Shown piece after piece: positions 48,117-57,842 of a stretch of 64,000 bases of DNA (position 1 is its first letter; every line of letters begins with the position of its first letter). The stretch covers positions 1 through 64,000 of the IMG/VR virus record IMGVR_UViG_3300028392_000036, one strand, 5' to 3'. Position numbers and translations under genes: made by a program. Under the pieces are notes generated by a model. That model was not told the origin of the DNA, made no database searches, and saw only the letters and a program-made list of their open reading frames with translations. This DNA is from a virus.

Positions 48117-50432
48117 ATGAAGCAAATAACAGTACAAAAACGCAGTGGTCGCCGTGAACCACTAGCATTAGAAAAATGGCAGGCACAGATAGCCAAGGTT
48201 TGTGCAGGCATAGCAGATGTAAGTCAGTCAATGATAGAGATCAAAGCCCAGTTGCATTTTTATGATGGTATCACAACCAACGAAATTGATGGTATCACGC
48301 TCAGAGCCATAGTGGATCTAATTGACGTAGAATCAAATCCCGATGTGGGGCACACCAACTATCAGTACGTGGCAGGCAAACAACGACTATCAATGTTGCG
48401 TAAGGATGTGTATGGCTCATACGATCCTCCTCACCTGTATGAAATTGTAAAGAAGAATGTGGAAACAGGACTTTACACTAGTGAACTATTAGAATGGTAT
48501 AGTGAAGAAGACTGGAATCGTATGGAAGACATGATTGATCATGGCAAGGACGAACAATATTCATATGCGGCAGTGGAACAATTGATTGAAAAATATCTTG
48601 TGCGTAACAGAAGCACAAAGGAAATCTATGAAACGCCACAAGTTCGTTATATGATTGCGGCTGCCACGGTGTTCCACACGGAAGAACCCAACACAGCCCG
48701 TATGCGTTACATAAAGGAATACTACAATGCCGCAAGTGATGGATTATTTACCCTTGCTACTCCCGTGCTTGCTGGTCTCGGTACCCCTACTAAGCAATTC
48801 AGTTCGTGCGTACTCATTCGCAGTGATGATGACCTGGATAGTATTTTTGCTAGTGGCGAAATGATGGCCAAGTATGCCAGCAAACGTGCTGGTATTGGCC
48901 TAGAGATTGGACGATTGCGTCCACTAGGCTCACCCATTCGTGGTGGCGAAATCATGCACACAGGCATGATACCATTTTTAAAGAAGTGGTTTGGCGACCT
49001 ACGTAGTTGCTCACAAGGAGGTATTCGCAATGCAAGTGCTACTGTATTCTATCCTATTTGGCATCTTCAGTTTGATGATCTTATCGTTCTTAAAAACAAC
49101 CAAGGCACAGAAGAAACCCGTGTCCGGCACATGGACTATGGGGTTGTTCTTTCCGCATTTTTCTGGAGACGATTCAAGAACAAAGAAAACATAACATTCT
49201 TTGATCCCAACCAAGTACCTGAACTGTACGAAGCGTTCTATGCCAACACTGAACGTTTTGAAAAACTCTATGTGGAATACGAAAAGCGTCGGGACCTGCG
49301 TACCAAGACCATGAGTGCAGAAGAAGTGTTCAAGTCAGGCATACTCAAAGAGCGTACTGACACTGGACGTATCTATCTTGTGTTTATCGACAACGTTCAG
49401 AACCAAGGACCGTTTGATACTGAATATCATACCATTTACCAGAGTAACCTTTGCTGTGAAATCTTACTTCCTACAAAACCTTTCAAACGTCTTGACGATG
49501 CCGAAGGACGCATTGCTCTTTGCACACTGGGCTCAATTAACTGGGGTGCGTTCAGGAATCCTGAGGATATGCGTAGGGCTTGTAGAATTCTGCAACGCAG
49601 TCTCTGTAACATTCTCGACTACCAAGACTTCCTGTCGATCCAGAGTCAGTTATCAAATGACGAAATTCAGCCGCTTGGTATCGGCATTACTAACTTGGCT
49701 TACTGGCATGCCAAGCGAGGACTGCAATATGGTAACAAAGACGCTCTTGGAGAGGTCAAATCTTGGATGGAACACCAGGCCTTCTATCTTACCGAAGCAA
49801 CAGTTGAACTTGCTAAGGAAAGAGGCCGTTGCAAAGATTCTGACCGCACCTACTACGGTCGTGGTATATTTCCTTGGGAACGACGTGCCAACGGCGTAAA
49901 TGAATTAACAGACTTCTCTCCTGAACTGAACTGGGAAGGCCTACGTGCCGAGATGCGTAGTTATGGAGTACGCAATGCTACACTGATGGCCATTGCACCT
50001 GTAGAGTCTAGTAGTGTAGTAATTAACTCTACCAATGGTATCGAAATGCCAATGAGCCTGATCAGTGTAAAAGAATCTAAGGCAGGGAGCCTTACACAAG
50101 TTGTACCTGAGTATCACAAGTTGAAAAACAAGTATCAAATGATGTGGGCACAGAAAGACTGCGATGGTTATTTGAAAACAGCGGCTGTGTTGGCGGCCTA
50201 TGTTGATCAAAGCATCAGCACCAACACATTCTACAACCCAGCACACTTTGCTGACCGTAAAGTTCCAACAACGTTAATTGCCCGGAACTTGATGCAGGCA
50301 CACCACTGGGGATTGAAAACATTCTATTACAGTTTGATTAACAAAGCAGGTAGTAAACAAACTGCTGAAGTGGCCCCTCTTGAAATCATTGACTTTGATC
50401 TTGAGGAAGACTGCGAAGCCTGTAAGTTATGA
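48117..50432 (+). CDS. nrdA: Ribonucleotide reductase class Ia alpha
   Basis: ATP cone, FSSCVL, SNLCCEI, ALCTL, KTFYY, C-terminal CEAC. Confidence 0.97.
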   Translation: MKQITVQKRSGRREPLALEKWQAQIAKVCAGIADVSQSMIEIKAQLHFYDGITTNEIDGITLRAIVDLIDVESNPDVGHTNYQYVAGKQRLSMLRKDVYGSYDPPHLYEIVKKNVETGLYTSELLEWYSEEDWNRMEDMIDHGKDEQYSYAAVEQLIEKYLVRNRSTKEIYETPQVRYMIAAATVFHTEEPNTARMRYIKEYYNAASDGLFTLATPVLAGLGTPTKQFSSCVLIRSDDDLDSIFASGEMMAKYASKRAGIGLEIGRLRPLGSPIRGGEIMHTGMIPFLKKWFGDLRSCSQGGIRNASATVFYPIWHLQFDDLIVLKNNQGTEETRVRHMDYGVVLSAFFWRRFKNKENITFFDPNQVPELYEAFYANTERFEKLYVEYEKRRDLRTKTMSAEEVFKSGILKERTDTGRIYLVFIDNVQNQGPFDTEYHTIYQSNLCCEILLPTKPFKRLDDAEGRIALCTLGSINWGAFRNPEDMRRACRILQRSLCNILDYQDFLSIQSQLSNDEIQPLGIGITNLAYWHAKRGLQYGNKDALGEVKSWMEHQAFYLTEATVELAKERGRCKDSDRTYYGRGIFPWERRANGVNELTDFSPELNWEGLRAEMRSYGVRNATLMAIAPVESSSVVINSTNGIEMPMSLISVKESKAGSLTQVVPEYHKLKNKYQMMWAQKDCDGYLKTAAVLAAYVDQSISTNTFYNPAHFADRKVPTTLIARNLMQAHHWGLKTFYYSLINKAGSKQTAEVAPLEIIDFDLEEDCEACKL

Positions 50433-50620
50433 ACAGTTTAGAAAAGATCTGGGCCCGGGCTACTGGGCACTTGATGGGCGAGTCTGATCATGATCGTCCA
50501 GATGTACCTATATTGACCTTGAGTGAAGCTCGCATTGCTTTGTTTTTGAAAACTTTCTGGGTAACCATACACGTGATAACTTGTTGTTTTATTATTGCTG
50601 GCGTTGTAAGACACTGGTAA
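50429..50620 (+). CDS. Small membrane protein
   Basis: 63 aa, IWARATG, C-terminal TM, RHW. Confidence 0.7.
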   Translation: MNSLEKIWARATGHLMGESDHDRPDVPILTLSEARIALFLKTFWVTIHVITCCFIIAGVVRHW

Positions 50621-50621
50621 A

Positions 50622-51872
50622 ATGAATATCCTATTTTCGTATCAATCTCACGTGATGACAATACTAATTGATAGTTTGTCTCGAGCTGGGCATACTGTTG
50701 ATGTTGTCGTGCCCGGCTGGGTTCCTGGTTTAAGAATAGAAGGATTGTCTAAATACAAAACTACAATTTGTAAAGATAGCAATGAGTTTCTGTCTATTGT
50801 TAACAATAGTCTTGATAGCGGTCAATACGATTATTTTTATCCCAGCTGGTCAGATTTTGTTACATCAAAAGCAGTCGAAGCAAATGAACGCAACAACTTG
50901 CCAACTATACCAGGTTCAGCCGCTGAATATATCAACACCAAGGATTCCTATTATAAAATTTTTGAACAGTTAGATATTCCTGTTCCCGAAATATATGCAA
51001 TGATACCGTTGGGTCAAAATCTTGATACAGTTCCTGACAACATAAATTTTCCTTGCGTTGCAAAACCCAGTCATGCAGTAAGCAAACCTGGCATGCAAAT
51101 ACTCAACAATCAACAAGAATTAATTGATTTTTTCTCATCACAATCTCAACGTATCAATCCTCAATACAATCCTCGTGGCAAGCCATATATGCTACAACAA
51201 TACATAGTTGGAGATGCATTTAGTATCATGGGGCATGTGGTTGATGGCCAAGTCACTATTGATTTTGCGTATGATATCGAAACTGACTGTAAGCCTTACG
51301 CATCCGAGACTGGTTGTGTATTTCCTAGCAAACAAAATACAGAGCAGTTGATTCCTTACATTCAAAAGTTCTTTGATCATATCAAAATAGATAATACTAT
51401 TTGGATGTTTGATCTCATAGTTGATCAAGAACAAAAGTTTTATTTTATAGATTTTGGGGCACGAGCACCTACCAACCCGCAGTTGTTGGTCAAATACAGT
51501 GGCGAACCGGACTATGCGGCCAAAATAATAGACCGTTTGTTTAACCACAAGAAATTTGTGTTAAATAACACTCACGCAGTGATTTGGAGGCAATTAAAAA
51601 TGCCAGCAGGGTTAATTGAGTCTCTAGAGTGCTATCGACCAGAACTAGCAGTAGAACTTAACTTGCCACAAGATGCAATTTGGACACCTACTAATGATTA
51701 CGAAGTACATCAAAATCCATATGCTGTAGTGGTTGCAGATACTTTGGAACAAGCAGAACAAAAGTTCATTGACTTACAACAATCGATTGTAGTAAAATAC
51801 AAGATGCAGTTCAAAGATCGGTATTCTGAAATCTTTTGGAAAAAGAAATGTCAAAACAACAATATAATTTAA
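50622..51872 (+). CDS. ATP-grasp domain protein
   Basis: FPCVAKP, MLQQYIVG, FYFIDFGAR; AT-rich. Confidence 0.8.
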   Translation: MNILFSYQSHVMTILIDSLSRAGHTVDVVVPGWVPGLRIEGLSKYKTTICKDSNEFLSIVNNSLDSGQYDYFYPSWSDFVTSKAVEANERNNLPTIPGSAAEYINTKDSYYKIFEQLDIPVPEIYAMIPLGQNLDTVPDNINFPCVAKPSHAVSKPGMQILNNQQELIDFFSSQSQRINPQYNPRGKPYMLQQYIVGDAFSIMGHVVDGQVTIDFAYDIETDCKPYASETGCVFPSKQNTEQLIPYIQKFFDHIKIDNTIWMFDLIVDQEQKFYFIDFGARAPTNPQLLVKYSGEPDYAAKIIDRLFNHKKFVLNNTHAVIWRQLKMPAGLIESLECYRPELAVELNLPQDAIWTPTNDYEVHQNPYAVVVADTLEQAEQKFIDLQQSIVVKYKMQFKDRYSEIFWKKKCQNNNII

Positions 51873-52948
51873 AAACAAAAACAGATTATCTAAACCGTAA
51901 AATGTTTCTGGACCCAGCAGGCCCTGTTACAGTCCAACGGTTTGAAGAAGTCAAGTATAACAAACTGGTCAAGTACGAACAAGAAGCACGTGGGTTCTTT
52001 TGGGTACCAGAAGAAATCTCTTTGACCAAAGATGCACAAGACTTTAAAGATGCCAGTGACACTGTCAAACATATTTTTACATCAAACTTACTACGCCAAA
52101 CAGCACTAGACTCGTTGCAAGGCCGTGGCCCCAGTCAAATCTTTACACCTGTTGTATCGATTCCTGAACTTGAAGCCTTGATCTACAACTGGACCTTCTT
52201 TGAAACCAACATTCACAGTCGCTCATACAGTCACATTATTCGCAACATCTACAACGTGCCCAAGGATGTGTTCAACACAATCCACGACACACAAGAGATT
52301 GTGGATATGGCATCGAGTGTGGGCAAATACTACGATGATTTGCACCGGTTCAATTGTAGTGTTGAACTAGGCATTACTGGTAGCGAACCCGAACATATCA
52401 AGGCAGTTTGGCTGGCACTGAACGCAAGTTACGCATTAGAAGCATTCCGCTTCATGGTATCATTTGCCACAAGTTTAGCCATGGTGGAGAACAAAATCTT
52501 TATCGGCAACGGTAACATCATTCAGTTGATCCTACAAGATGAAATGCTACACAAAGAGTGGACTGGGTGGTTGATCAATCAAGTGGTCAAAGAAGATCCA
52601 AGATTTGCCGCTGCCAAAGCCGAATGCGAAGGCGAAGTGTATCAGATGTATCTGGATGTGATCCGTGAAGAAAAAGCCTGGGCTGACTACTTGTTCAACA
52701 AAGGCCCGGTGATCGGACTTAATGCTAACATTCTCAAAGACTTTGTGGACTTCACAGCATTCAACGCACTCAAAGAAATTGGCATCAAGTACACACAAGA
52801 GCATCCACGTTCAACGCCTATCCCTTGGTTTACCAAGCACGTGGACACCAGCAAGAAACAAACAGCATTACAAGAAAACGAAAGCACCAACTATGTTATT
52901 GGTGTCATGAGTGACAGCATTGACTACGACGAGTTACCAGAACTATAA
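51848..52948 (+). CDS. nrdB: Ribonucleotide reductase class Ia beta
   Basis: FFWVPEE, LDS.Q, ETNIHSRSY (radical Tyr), LEAFRF, DEMLH. Confidence 0.96.
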   Translation: MSKQQYNLKTKTDYLNRKMFLDPAGPVTVQRFEEVKYNKLVKYEQEARGFFWVPEEISLTKDAQDFKDASDTVKHIFTSNLLRQTALDSLQGRGPSQIFTPVVSIPELEALIYNWTFFETNIHSRSYSHIIRNIYNVPKDVFNTIHDTQEIVDMASSVGKYYDDLHRFNCSVELGITGSEPEHIKAVWLALNASYALEAFRFMVSFATSLAMVENKIFIGNGNIIQLILQDEMLHKEWTGWLINQVVKEDPRFAAAKAECEGEVYQMYLDVIREEKAWADYLFNKGPVIGLNANILKDFVDFTAFNALKEIGIKYTQEHPRSTPIPWFTKHVDTSKKQTALQENESTNYVIGVMSDSIDYDELPEL

Positions 52949-52962
52949 CAAGGAGAATAAAA

Positions 52963-53187
52963 ATGAAAGCAATTGTATGGTCAAAAGACCAATGTCCCTA
53001 CTGTGTCCAGGCCAAGGCATTGTTAGAGTCAAGAGGAATTGAATACGAAGAGCGAAACATCAACAACGGCTGGGACAAAGAAGATTTGCTAGCCGCCGTA
53101 CCTGGTGCTAGAACATTACCACAAATCTTTTTAGATGAACAACTTGTGGGTGGATTTACTGAACTAAGAAAGCGACTAACCGAATGA
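52963..53187 (+). CDS. Glutaredoxin
   Basis: CPYC, TLPQIF, VGGF. Confidence 0.95.
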   Translation: MKAIVWSKDQCPYCVQAKALLESRGIEYEERNINNGWDKEDLLAAVPGARTLPQIFLDEQLVGGFTELRKRLTE

Positions 53188-53483
53188 CATTCGAACAAAA
53201 TCAAGTGTACACTTTTAAACTCAACTCCGGTGAAGAGTTGATTGCTCGTGTTGAAAAACCCGGCACTGAGTGGATCACTATCAGCGATCCTGTGAGCGTG
53301 GCTCCTGGACCACAAGGCATGGGACTTGTGCCCAGTTTGTTTACCGCAGATATCAAGCGGGAAATCCAACTAAATATCAACAGCATATCACTTTATGCCT
53401 ATGCTGAAGATGCTGTTAAAATGAAATACATTGAAGCAACTACAGGCATCAAAGTTCCAGACAAGAAACTCATACTAGGATAA
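53184..53483 (+). CDS. Sm-like fold phage protein
   Basis: FKLNSGEELIARV...Y..ATTGI pattern. Confidence 0.55.
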   Translation: MTFEQNQVYTFKLNSGEELIARVEKPGTEWITISDPVSVAPGPQGMGLVPSLFTADIKREIQLNINSISLYAYAEDAVKMKYIEATTGIKVPDKKLILG

Positions 53484-53484
53484 A

Positions 53485-53775
53485 ATGCCAGCAGTACAGA
53501 GAGACGGTGATCTAAATGATGCAGGCGGAGCAACTTCCGGCGGCGTAGCCTCTGTACGAGTAAATGGCATTCCGGTTACTGTAAACGGAAATCCAGTGTC
53601 TGAACACGCACCCTGGAGTCCAAAAGCCGCTCACGCACCTCACATAGCGGCTGCTACTGCTGGCGGGTCAGGATCGGTCAGTGCTGGAGGCATACCCATA
53701 GTGTATACCGGTGCTAGTGACACCTGCGGTCATTCGCGCACAGGTGGTAGCGACAACGTGAATGTGGCCGCATAA
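53485..53775 (+). CDS. PAAR-repeat baseplate spike tip
   Basis: MPAVQRDGD, VNGIPV, H..H, DTCGH, GS.NV. Confidence 0.88.
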   Translation: MPAVQRDGDLNDAGGATSGGVASVRVNGIPVTVNGNPVSEHAPWSPKAAHAPHIAAATAGGSGSVSAGGIPIVYTGASDTCGHSRTGGSDNVNVAA

Positions 53776-55814
53776 TGGCCACTATTACTAGTCCTTTACA
53801 GTTAACAGTATTCGCTGCCTTGGCTCAGAACCAAGGACTCAAGCCATTCCCTCCAGCCTTGGCTGCCGCAATTGCCGCATTCAATGCCACCACAGTGATG
53901 CAAAACTTTTTTGCGGCTGTGAGTTTTTACAAAGCACAAACATTTGCCACACAGTCCACACTGACCAGTTTGTTGAGCATTGGTAACTCGGTATGTCCGG
54001 CACTGGGCAACAGTATCCCAGTTAGTCCTATTGGAACATATCCTTACCTGAATAGCGAATATCTGATCAATTATCTTGGTGCAGTAGATGGATCCACAAT
54101 TGATCCGTCGGGCTTTAGTATGTTGATAGAACAAACCTGTGCCGCCTACCTTGGCAATGGCGACGCCAGTAAATTTGCCCAAGGGTTTATGGCTGTACAA
54201 GGTTATATTACCAGCACCAACAAATATATCAACAGTTCTGTAAATGCCAATCAGTATCTTGGTCCATTGTTTACCAACATGGATAATTTAACAACAGCCA
54301 ACATATCCAGCATGACCACTGATTTACCCAGTTACGGAATTGATCTTGCCAATCAGGGTAATCTATGGAGCATGAAAAAATTAGACCTGTACGGAACACC
54401 GGCTGGGCTGTTACAACAAATATCTTCGCTGGCAGGGATCAAAGCACGTACAGTACCAGATTTACAAAATGCCTTGCTTGCCCAAGGACTGTCTGCAACG
54501 GATATTGCCAATCTAGTCAATGATAATCGTGTGGGTTTAAACAAACCCAATGGATTAACACCAAACGAATTTGATAAATTACAAATATCAATTTACAACG
54601 CCATGGCCAATGTATCAGGTGATGCATTAACTCAAATACTAGACATCTTGGGAGTGACCACCCCAAATGTTAATACTCTTGCTGACTTATTAAATCCTGT
54701 GATTATGTTTCCCTTGAGTTATGCGTCATTGCAGACACCCAGTCCCAATGGTGCCATACCAATCTTTAATTCAACCGGCGCAGTAAATTCCAACATTACT
54801 CCCATAGTCAACAGTTATCTACCCACAGCATCAGGATGTGATGAACTAGGCAAGATCATTCCGCCGGCACAGGCCACCGCCAACAAAGCCATTCAAGTGG
54901 CATTCCAACAAATTAACAATGTGCCTAACACCACGTTGCCACGATTGGCTGACGCTGTATTAGGCACGGTTGATAATCCTTGGATGGTCACACAACCATA
55001 CTTGGCAAATACCGTGGTCAGCTACGGCAGTCCTGTACCAAGTTATTATCGCGCCATCGTTGATGTTCCAGCTGGCATTGATATTAACAATACTGCTTAT
55101 TGGTCTCCTACCACACTAGGAGGTCTTAGTACCATGGCCGACTTGCCATTGATACAGGCGCAAACTACACCAGTTGACAGTTCGGTGACTGATTATATTT
55201 CAACCACAATGGCCACAGGCACAGGCCCTGATGGTACCATTACCACTTATGATGTATTGGGCCTGGCTATTGACAGTGACAACTTTGCCGCACAACTAAA
55301 CACCGCCACTGCCGCGATTAATACGTTGCAAGGTGCAGGCAGTCTTGCTACATTGAATACCGCTTACATAAACATCTTGTCAGCAGTGAGTGATGCCAAC
55401 GTACAAACACAAATTACCAATGCCAATGCGGCCATTGCCGCACTCAGTGCCAATCCAAATGTAACCACATTGAATTCGGCCTGGACCTACATGGCCAACC
55501 TGATGAATCTCTCGGCTAAATACACTAGCCAAGCAGGTATTGATTATTTCAACTTGCAATCCAGTGATAAGAACAGCGTATACAGTTTTTCACAGAACTT
55601 GGCTTATTATGGATTACTCACAGCCAATGGCGATGCGGCTGAGTTTTTGGAAAACATCGCTGACATCACGACCCTAGGTGGCCAAGCCATTGTGGGTGCC
55701 ATGCGTGAAGGTCGCAACAATGCAAGATTGGGTGCGGCCAGTTTATACAATACCAATCAGATTCCTAGCAATCCTGAAGTAGCGCCGATCCCAGTAATTA
55801 CACCAATTACCTGA
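53775..55814 (+). CDS. Large virion (baseplate/tail-associated) protein
   Basis: 679 aa, N/T/A-rich, coupled to PAAR; GQAIVGAMREGRN. Confidence 0.6.
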   Translation: MATITSPLQLTVFAALAQNQGLKPFPPALAAAIAAFNATTVMQNFFAAVSFYKAQTFATQSTLTSLLSIGNSVCPALGNSIPVSPIGTYPYLNSEYLINYLGAVDGSTIDPSGFSMLIEQTCAAYLGNGDASKFAQGFMAVQGYITSTNKYINSSVNANQYLGPLFTNMDNLTTANISSMTTDLPSYGIDLANQGNLWSMKKLDLYGTPAGLLQQISSLAGIKARTVPDLQNALLAQGLSATDIANLVNDNRVGLNKPNGLTPNEFDKLQISIYNAMANVSGDALTQILDILGVTTPNVNTLADLLNPVIMFPLSYASLQTPSPNGAIPIFNSTGAVNSNITPIVNSYLPTASGCDELGKIIPPAQATANKAIQVAFQQINNVPNTTLPRLADAVLGTVDNPWMVTQPYLANTVVSYGSPVPSYYRAIVDVPAGIDINNTAYWSPTTLGGLSTMADLPLIQAQTTPVDSSVTDYISTTMATGTGPDGTITTYDVLGLAIDSDNFAAQLNTATAAINTLQGAGSLATLNTAYINILSAVSDANVQTQITNANAAIAALSANPNVTTLNSAWTYMANLMNLSAKYTSQAGIDYFNLQSSDKNSVYSFSQNLAYYGLLTANGDAAEFLENIADITTLGGQAIVGAMREGRNNARLGAASLYNTNQIPSNPEVAPIPVITPIT

Positions 55815-55845
55815 TCAAATTGGCTATTTTGAGATTGATTTCCTA

Positions 55846-55874
55846 TTGACTTAGTACTAACACGCATATATAAT
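55846..55874 (+). promoter_or_regulatory. sigma70 promoter with TTAGTACTAA palindrome
   Basis: TTGACT-N17-TATAAT. Confidence 0.75.
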
Positions 55875-55918
55875 ACAGATTGACTCACGTCATTCTACTT
55901 TTAAAAGGAAAAAACTAA

Positions 55919-56473
55919 ATGAAGAAAATCTTCGCAATCTTGGCTTTGGCCATTACAGGTTCTGCTTTTGCGGTCGACAGCGTTACTGTTGAATCACAGA
56001 ATATCAAAACCATCAATAGTAGCACAGCACAACACGCTTATGTTTTGGGTGTGAAACACGACTTCAACAGCACATTTGCTGGCGACGTTGCATTCACCAA
56101 CACACAAACTGACAGCACCTATGCATTAGGCACACGCCTGGAAGCAGGTTTAACCGCTACTCAACCATTGTTTGGTTCAGTCAAAGGTTACACTCGCGTG
56201 GCTTTGGGCGAGAAGTACAGCAATACTGCCGCTACATCTTTCTATTCAATTGAGCCAGGTGTAACTACTCCAATCGGTCCATTCACTGCAAAGTTGGGTG
56301 TGCGCTGGCGCAGTGCCATTGACTCTGGTGCAAACAATGACCAGACTCACACAGTTCGTGCAACATTGGGTTACCCATTGACTGCTAACGACAATGTTTA
56401 CATTCGTTATGATCGCATCCGCGGCGATAGCGAGCAAAACTCTGTTATTGTGGGACTTACACACGCTTTCTAA
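55919..56473 (+). CDS. Outer-membrane beta-barrel (porin-like) protein
   Basis: Signal peptide ...SAFA; amphipathic beta strands; C-terminal GLTHAF BAM signal. Confidence 0.8.
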   Translation: MKKIFAILALAITGSAFAVDSVTVESQNIKTINSSTAQHAYVLGVKHDFNSTFAGDVAFTNTQTDSTYALGTRLEAGLTATQPLFGSVKGYTRVALGEKYSNTAATSFYSIEPGVTTPIGPFTAKLGVRWRSAIDSGANNDQTHTVRATLGYPLTANDNVYIRYDRIRGDSEQNSVIVGLTHAF

Positions 56474-56495
56474 AAAGTAATACTTTAGTACTACA

Positions 56496-56525
56496 AAAAC
56501 CCTGCTCTATGCAGGGTTTTCTTTT
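56496..56525 (+). terminator. Rho-independent (bidirectional) terminator
   Basis: AAAACCCTGC-TCTAT-GCAGGGTTTT. Confidence 0.88.
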
Positions 56526-56527
56526 GG

Positions 56528-56556
56528 TTGACCGATAATTGCTCTTTTGCTATAAT
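56528..56556 (+). promoter_or_regulatory. sigma70 early promoter (repeat family)
   Basis: TTGACC-GATAATTGCTCTTTTGC-TATAAT. Confidence 0.85.
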
Positions 56557-56587
56557 ATAGACATAGAGTAACAAAACAGGAGCCAAA

Positions 56588-56728
56588 ATGACTGTAGCAG
56601 ACTTGATTGAAATACTCCGCACCATGCCCGCAGACGCTCGTGTGGTTGCACATGACAGTGACTGGGGTTACACTGTGCCACTGGTAGAGGTGGATGGTGA
56701 CGGCGAAATTGTAATCTCAGCAGGTTGA
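56588..56728 (+). CDS. Small early protein (46 aa)
   Basis: AGGAG RBS; MTVADLIEILRTMPADARV. Confidence 0.7.
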   Translation: MTVADLIEILRTMPADARVVAHDSDWGYTVPLVEVDGDGEIVISAG

Positions 56729-56753
56729 CCCGAAATTCCCAATTTGTTATAAT
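56725..56753 (+). promoter_or_regulatory. sigma70 early promoter (repeat family)
   Basis: TTGACC-CGAAATTCCCAATTTGT-TATAAT. Confidence 0.85.
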
Positions 56754-56783
56754 ACTTGTATAGAAACTTAACAGGAGCCCGAA

Positions 56784-57095
56784 ATGGAACGACTCACAGA
56801 TATTCAGCAAATTAATTCTTCTATCATGTTTGGCAAGTGGACCGACGTTGAACTTCGTAGCATGGCAGACGCCATCCGTTTTTCCCAGATTAATCTTCGC
56901 AAGCAGGTCAAACGTAATCTGGATGTGGGCGTTCGTGTTCGTTGGGTTAGCACTAAGAACCCCTCAGGTGCCACAGGCACAGTCAAAAAGATTGCTATCA
57001 AGTATGTCACGGTCCGTAATGACCGAGACGGTGGCTTGTGGAAGATCCCGGCCAATATGTTGGAAGTAGAGTCAGGACAAATGGAGGCAGTATGA
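56784..57095 (+). CDS. Early hypothetical protein (SH3/KOW-like C-term)
   Basis: VGVRVRW..TGTVKKI..KYV.V..WKIPANML. Confidence 0.7.
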   Translation: MERLTDIQQINSSIMFGKWTDVELRSMADAIRFSQINLRKQVKRNLDVGVRVRWVSTKNPSGATGTVKKIAIKYVTVRNDRDGGLWKIPANMLEVESGQMEAV

Positions 57096-57322
57096 ACAGG
57101 TTAGCACCACGTAGTTTTACATTCAACGTCATAGTAAGAGAAACCGCAGATGGAAGAGTAACCAAAAGCTCTCAAGGTGGTCCTTGGTTAAGATTGGCTA
57201 GAAAAATGGTCAAGAATGGTACAGCCAGGTTGACCAGTGTAGATGGTGGGTTTTATGGATATGGTGCTTCCTATGATGTTGGATACCATAAGGTAGTTTA
57301 TACTGTGACGGAGACCGTATGA
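57092..57322 (+). CDS. Hypothetical protein
   Basis: GGAGG RBS, ATGA overlap. Confidence 0.6.
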   Translation: MNRLAPRSFTFNVIVRETADGRVTKSSQGGPWLRLARKMVKNGTARLTSVDGGFYGYGASYDVGYHKVVYTVTETV

Positions 57323-57474
57323 ACTTCCGCTCTTGGTGCAGAGAAAAGTGGTACGAGCACGTTGACGAACTGATCAGTTACGGGCTTGAACCACAGTTTA
57401 CCGCACAAGAATATTTCGATCGATATAAATTTTGGCTCAAACGTGAATTTAAACACCAGCAAGGAGTAAGGTAA
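57319..57474 (+). CDS. Hypothetical protein (51 aa)
   Basis: MNFRSWCREKWYEH...YKFWLKREF; coupled on both sides. Confidence 0.6.
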   Translation: MNFRSWCREKWYEHVDELISYGLEPQFTAQEYFDRYKFWLKREFKHQQGVR

Positions 57475-57830
57475 TGGGTCTCGATATGTATGCATACACC
57501 GCCGCCAAAGAACAGGCAGACTACGAAACTGGTCAACGTGAACTCGCCTACTGGCGTAAACATCCTAATCTGCACGGTTGGATGGAACGACTTGCCAAAT
57601 CTAAAAATGTAGAGTACAATTCATTTAATGGTGTTGAACTGGAACTCACTTGGGAAGATCTAGATGAACTAGAACGTGCAGTAACGCACAATCAATTGCC
57701 CTCTACCCAAGGTTTCTTCTTTGGTAATGAGTCAGATGATTTCTACAAAGAACAAGATCTTGAATTTATCAGGAAAGCCCGAGCAGAATTGTTCATGGGT
57801 TTAAAAGTGTTTTATAACTCCTCGTGGTAA
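57474..57830 (+). CDS. Conserved phage hypothetical protein
   Basis: MGLDMY, YWRKH..LHGWM, GFFFG, YNSSW. Confidence 0.75.
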   Translation: MGLDMYAYTAAKEQADYETGQRELAYWRKHPNLHGWMERLAKSKNVEYNSFNGVELELTWEDLDELERAVTHNQLPSTQGFFFGNESDDFYKEQDLEFIRKARAELFMGLKVFYNSSW

Positions 57831-57842
57831 TCACGTAAATAT

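Noticed and set aside
48117-52948. Introns or inteins in nrdA/nrdB (also terL, helicase, uvsX)
   Set aside because: The ORFs are continuous and of normal length, with no splicing motifs seen.
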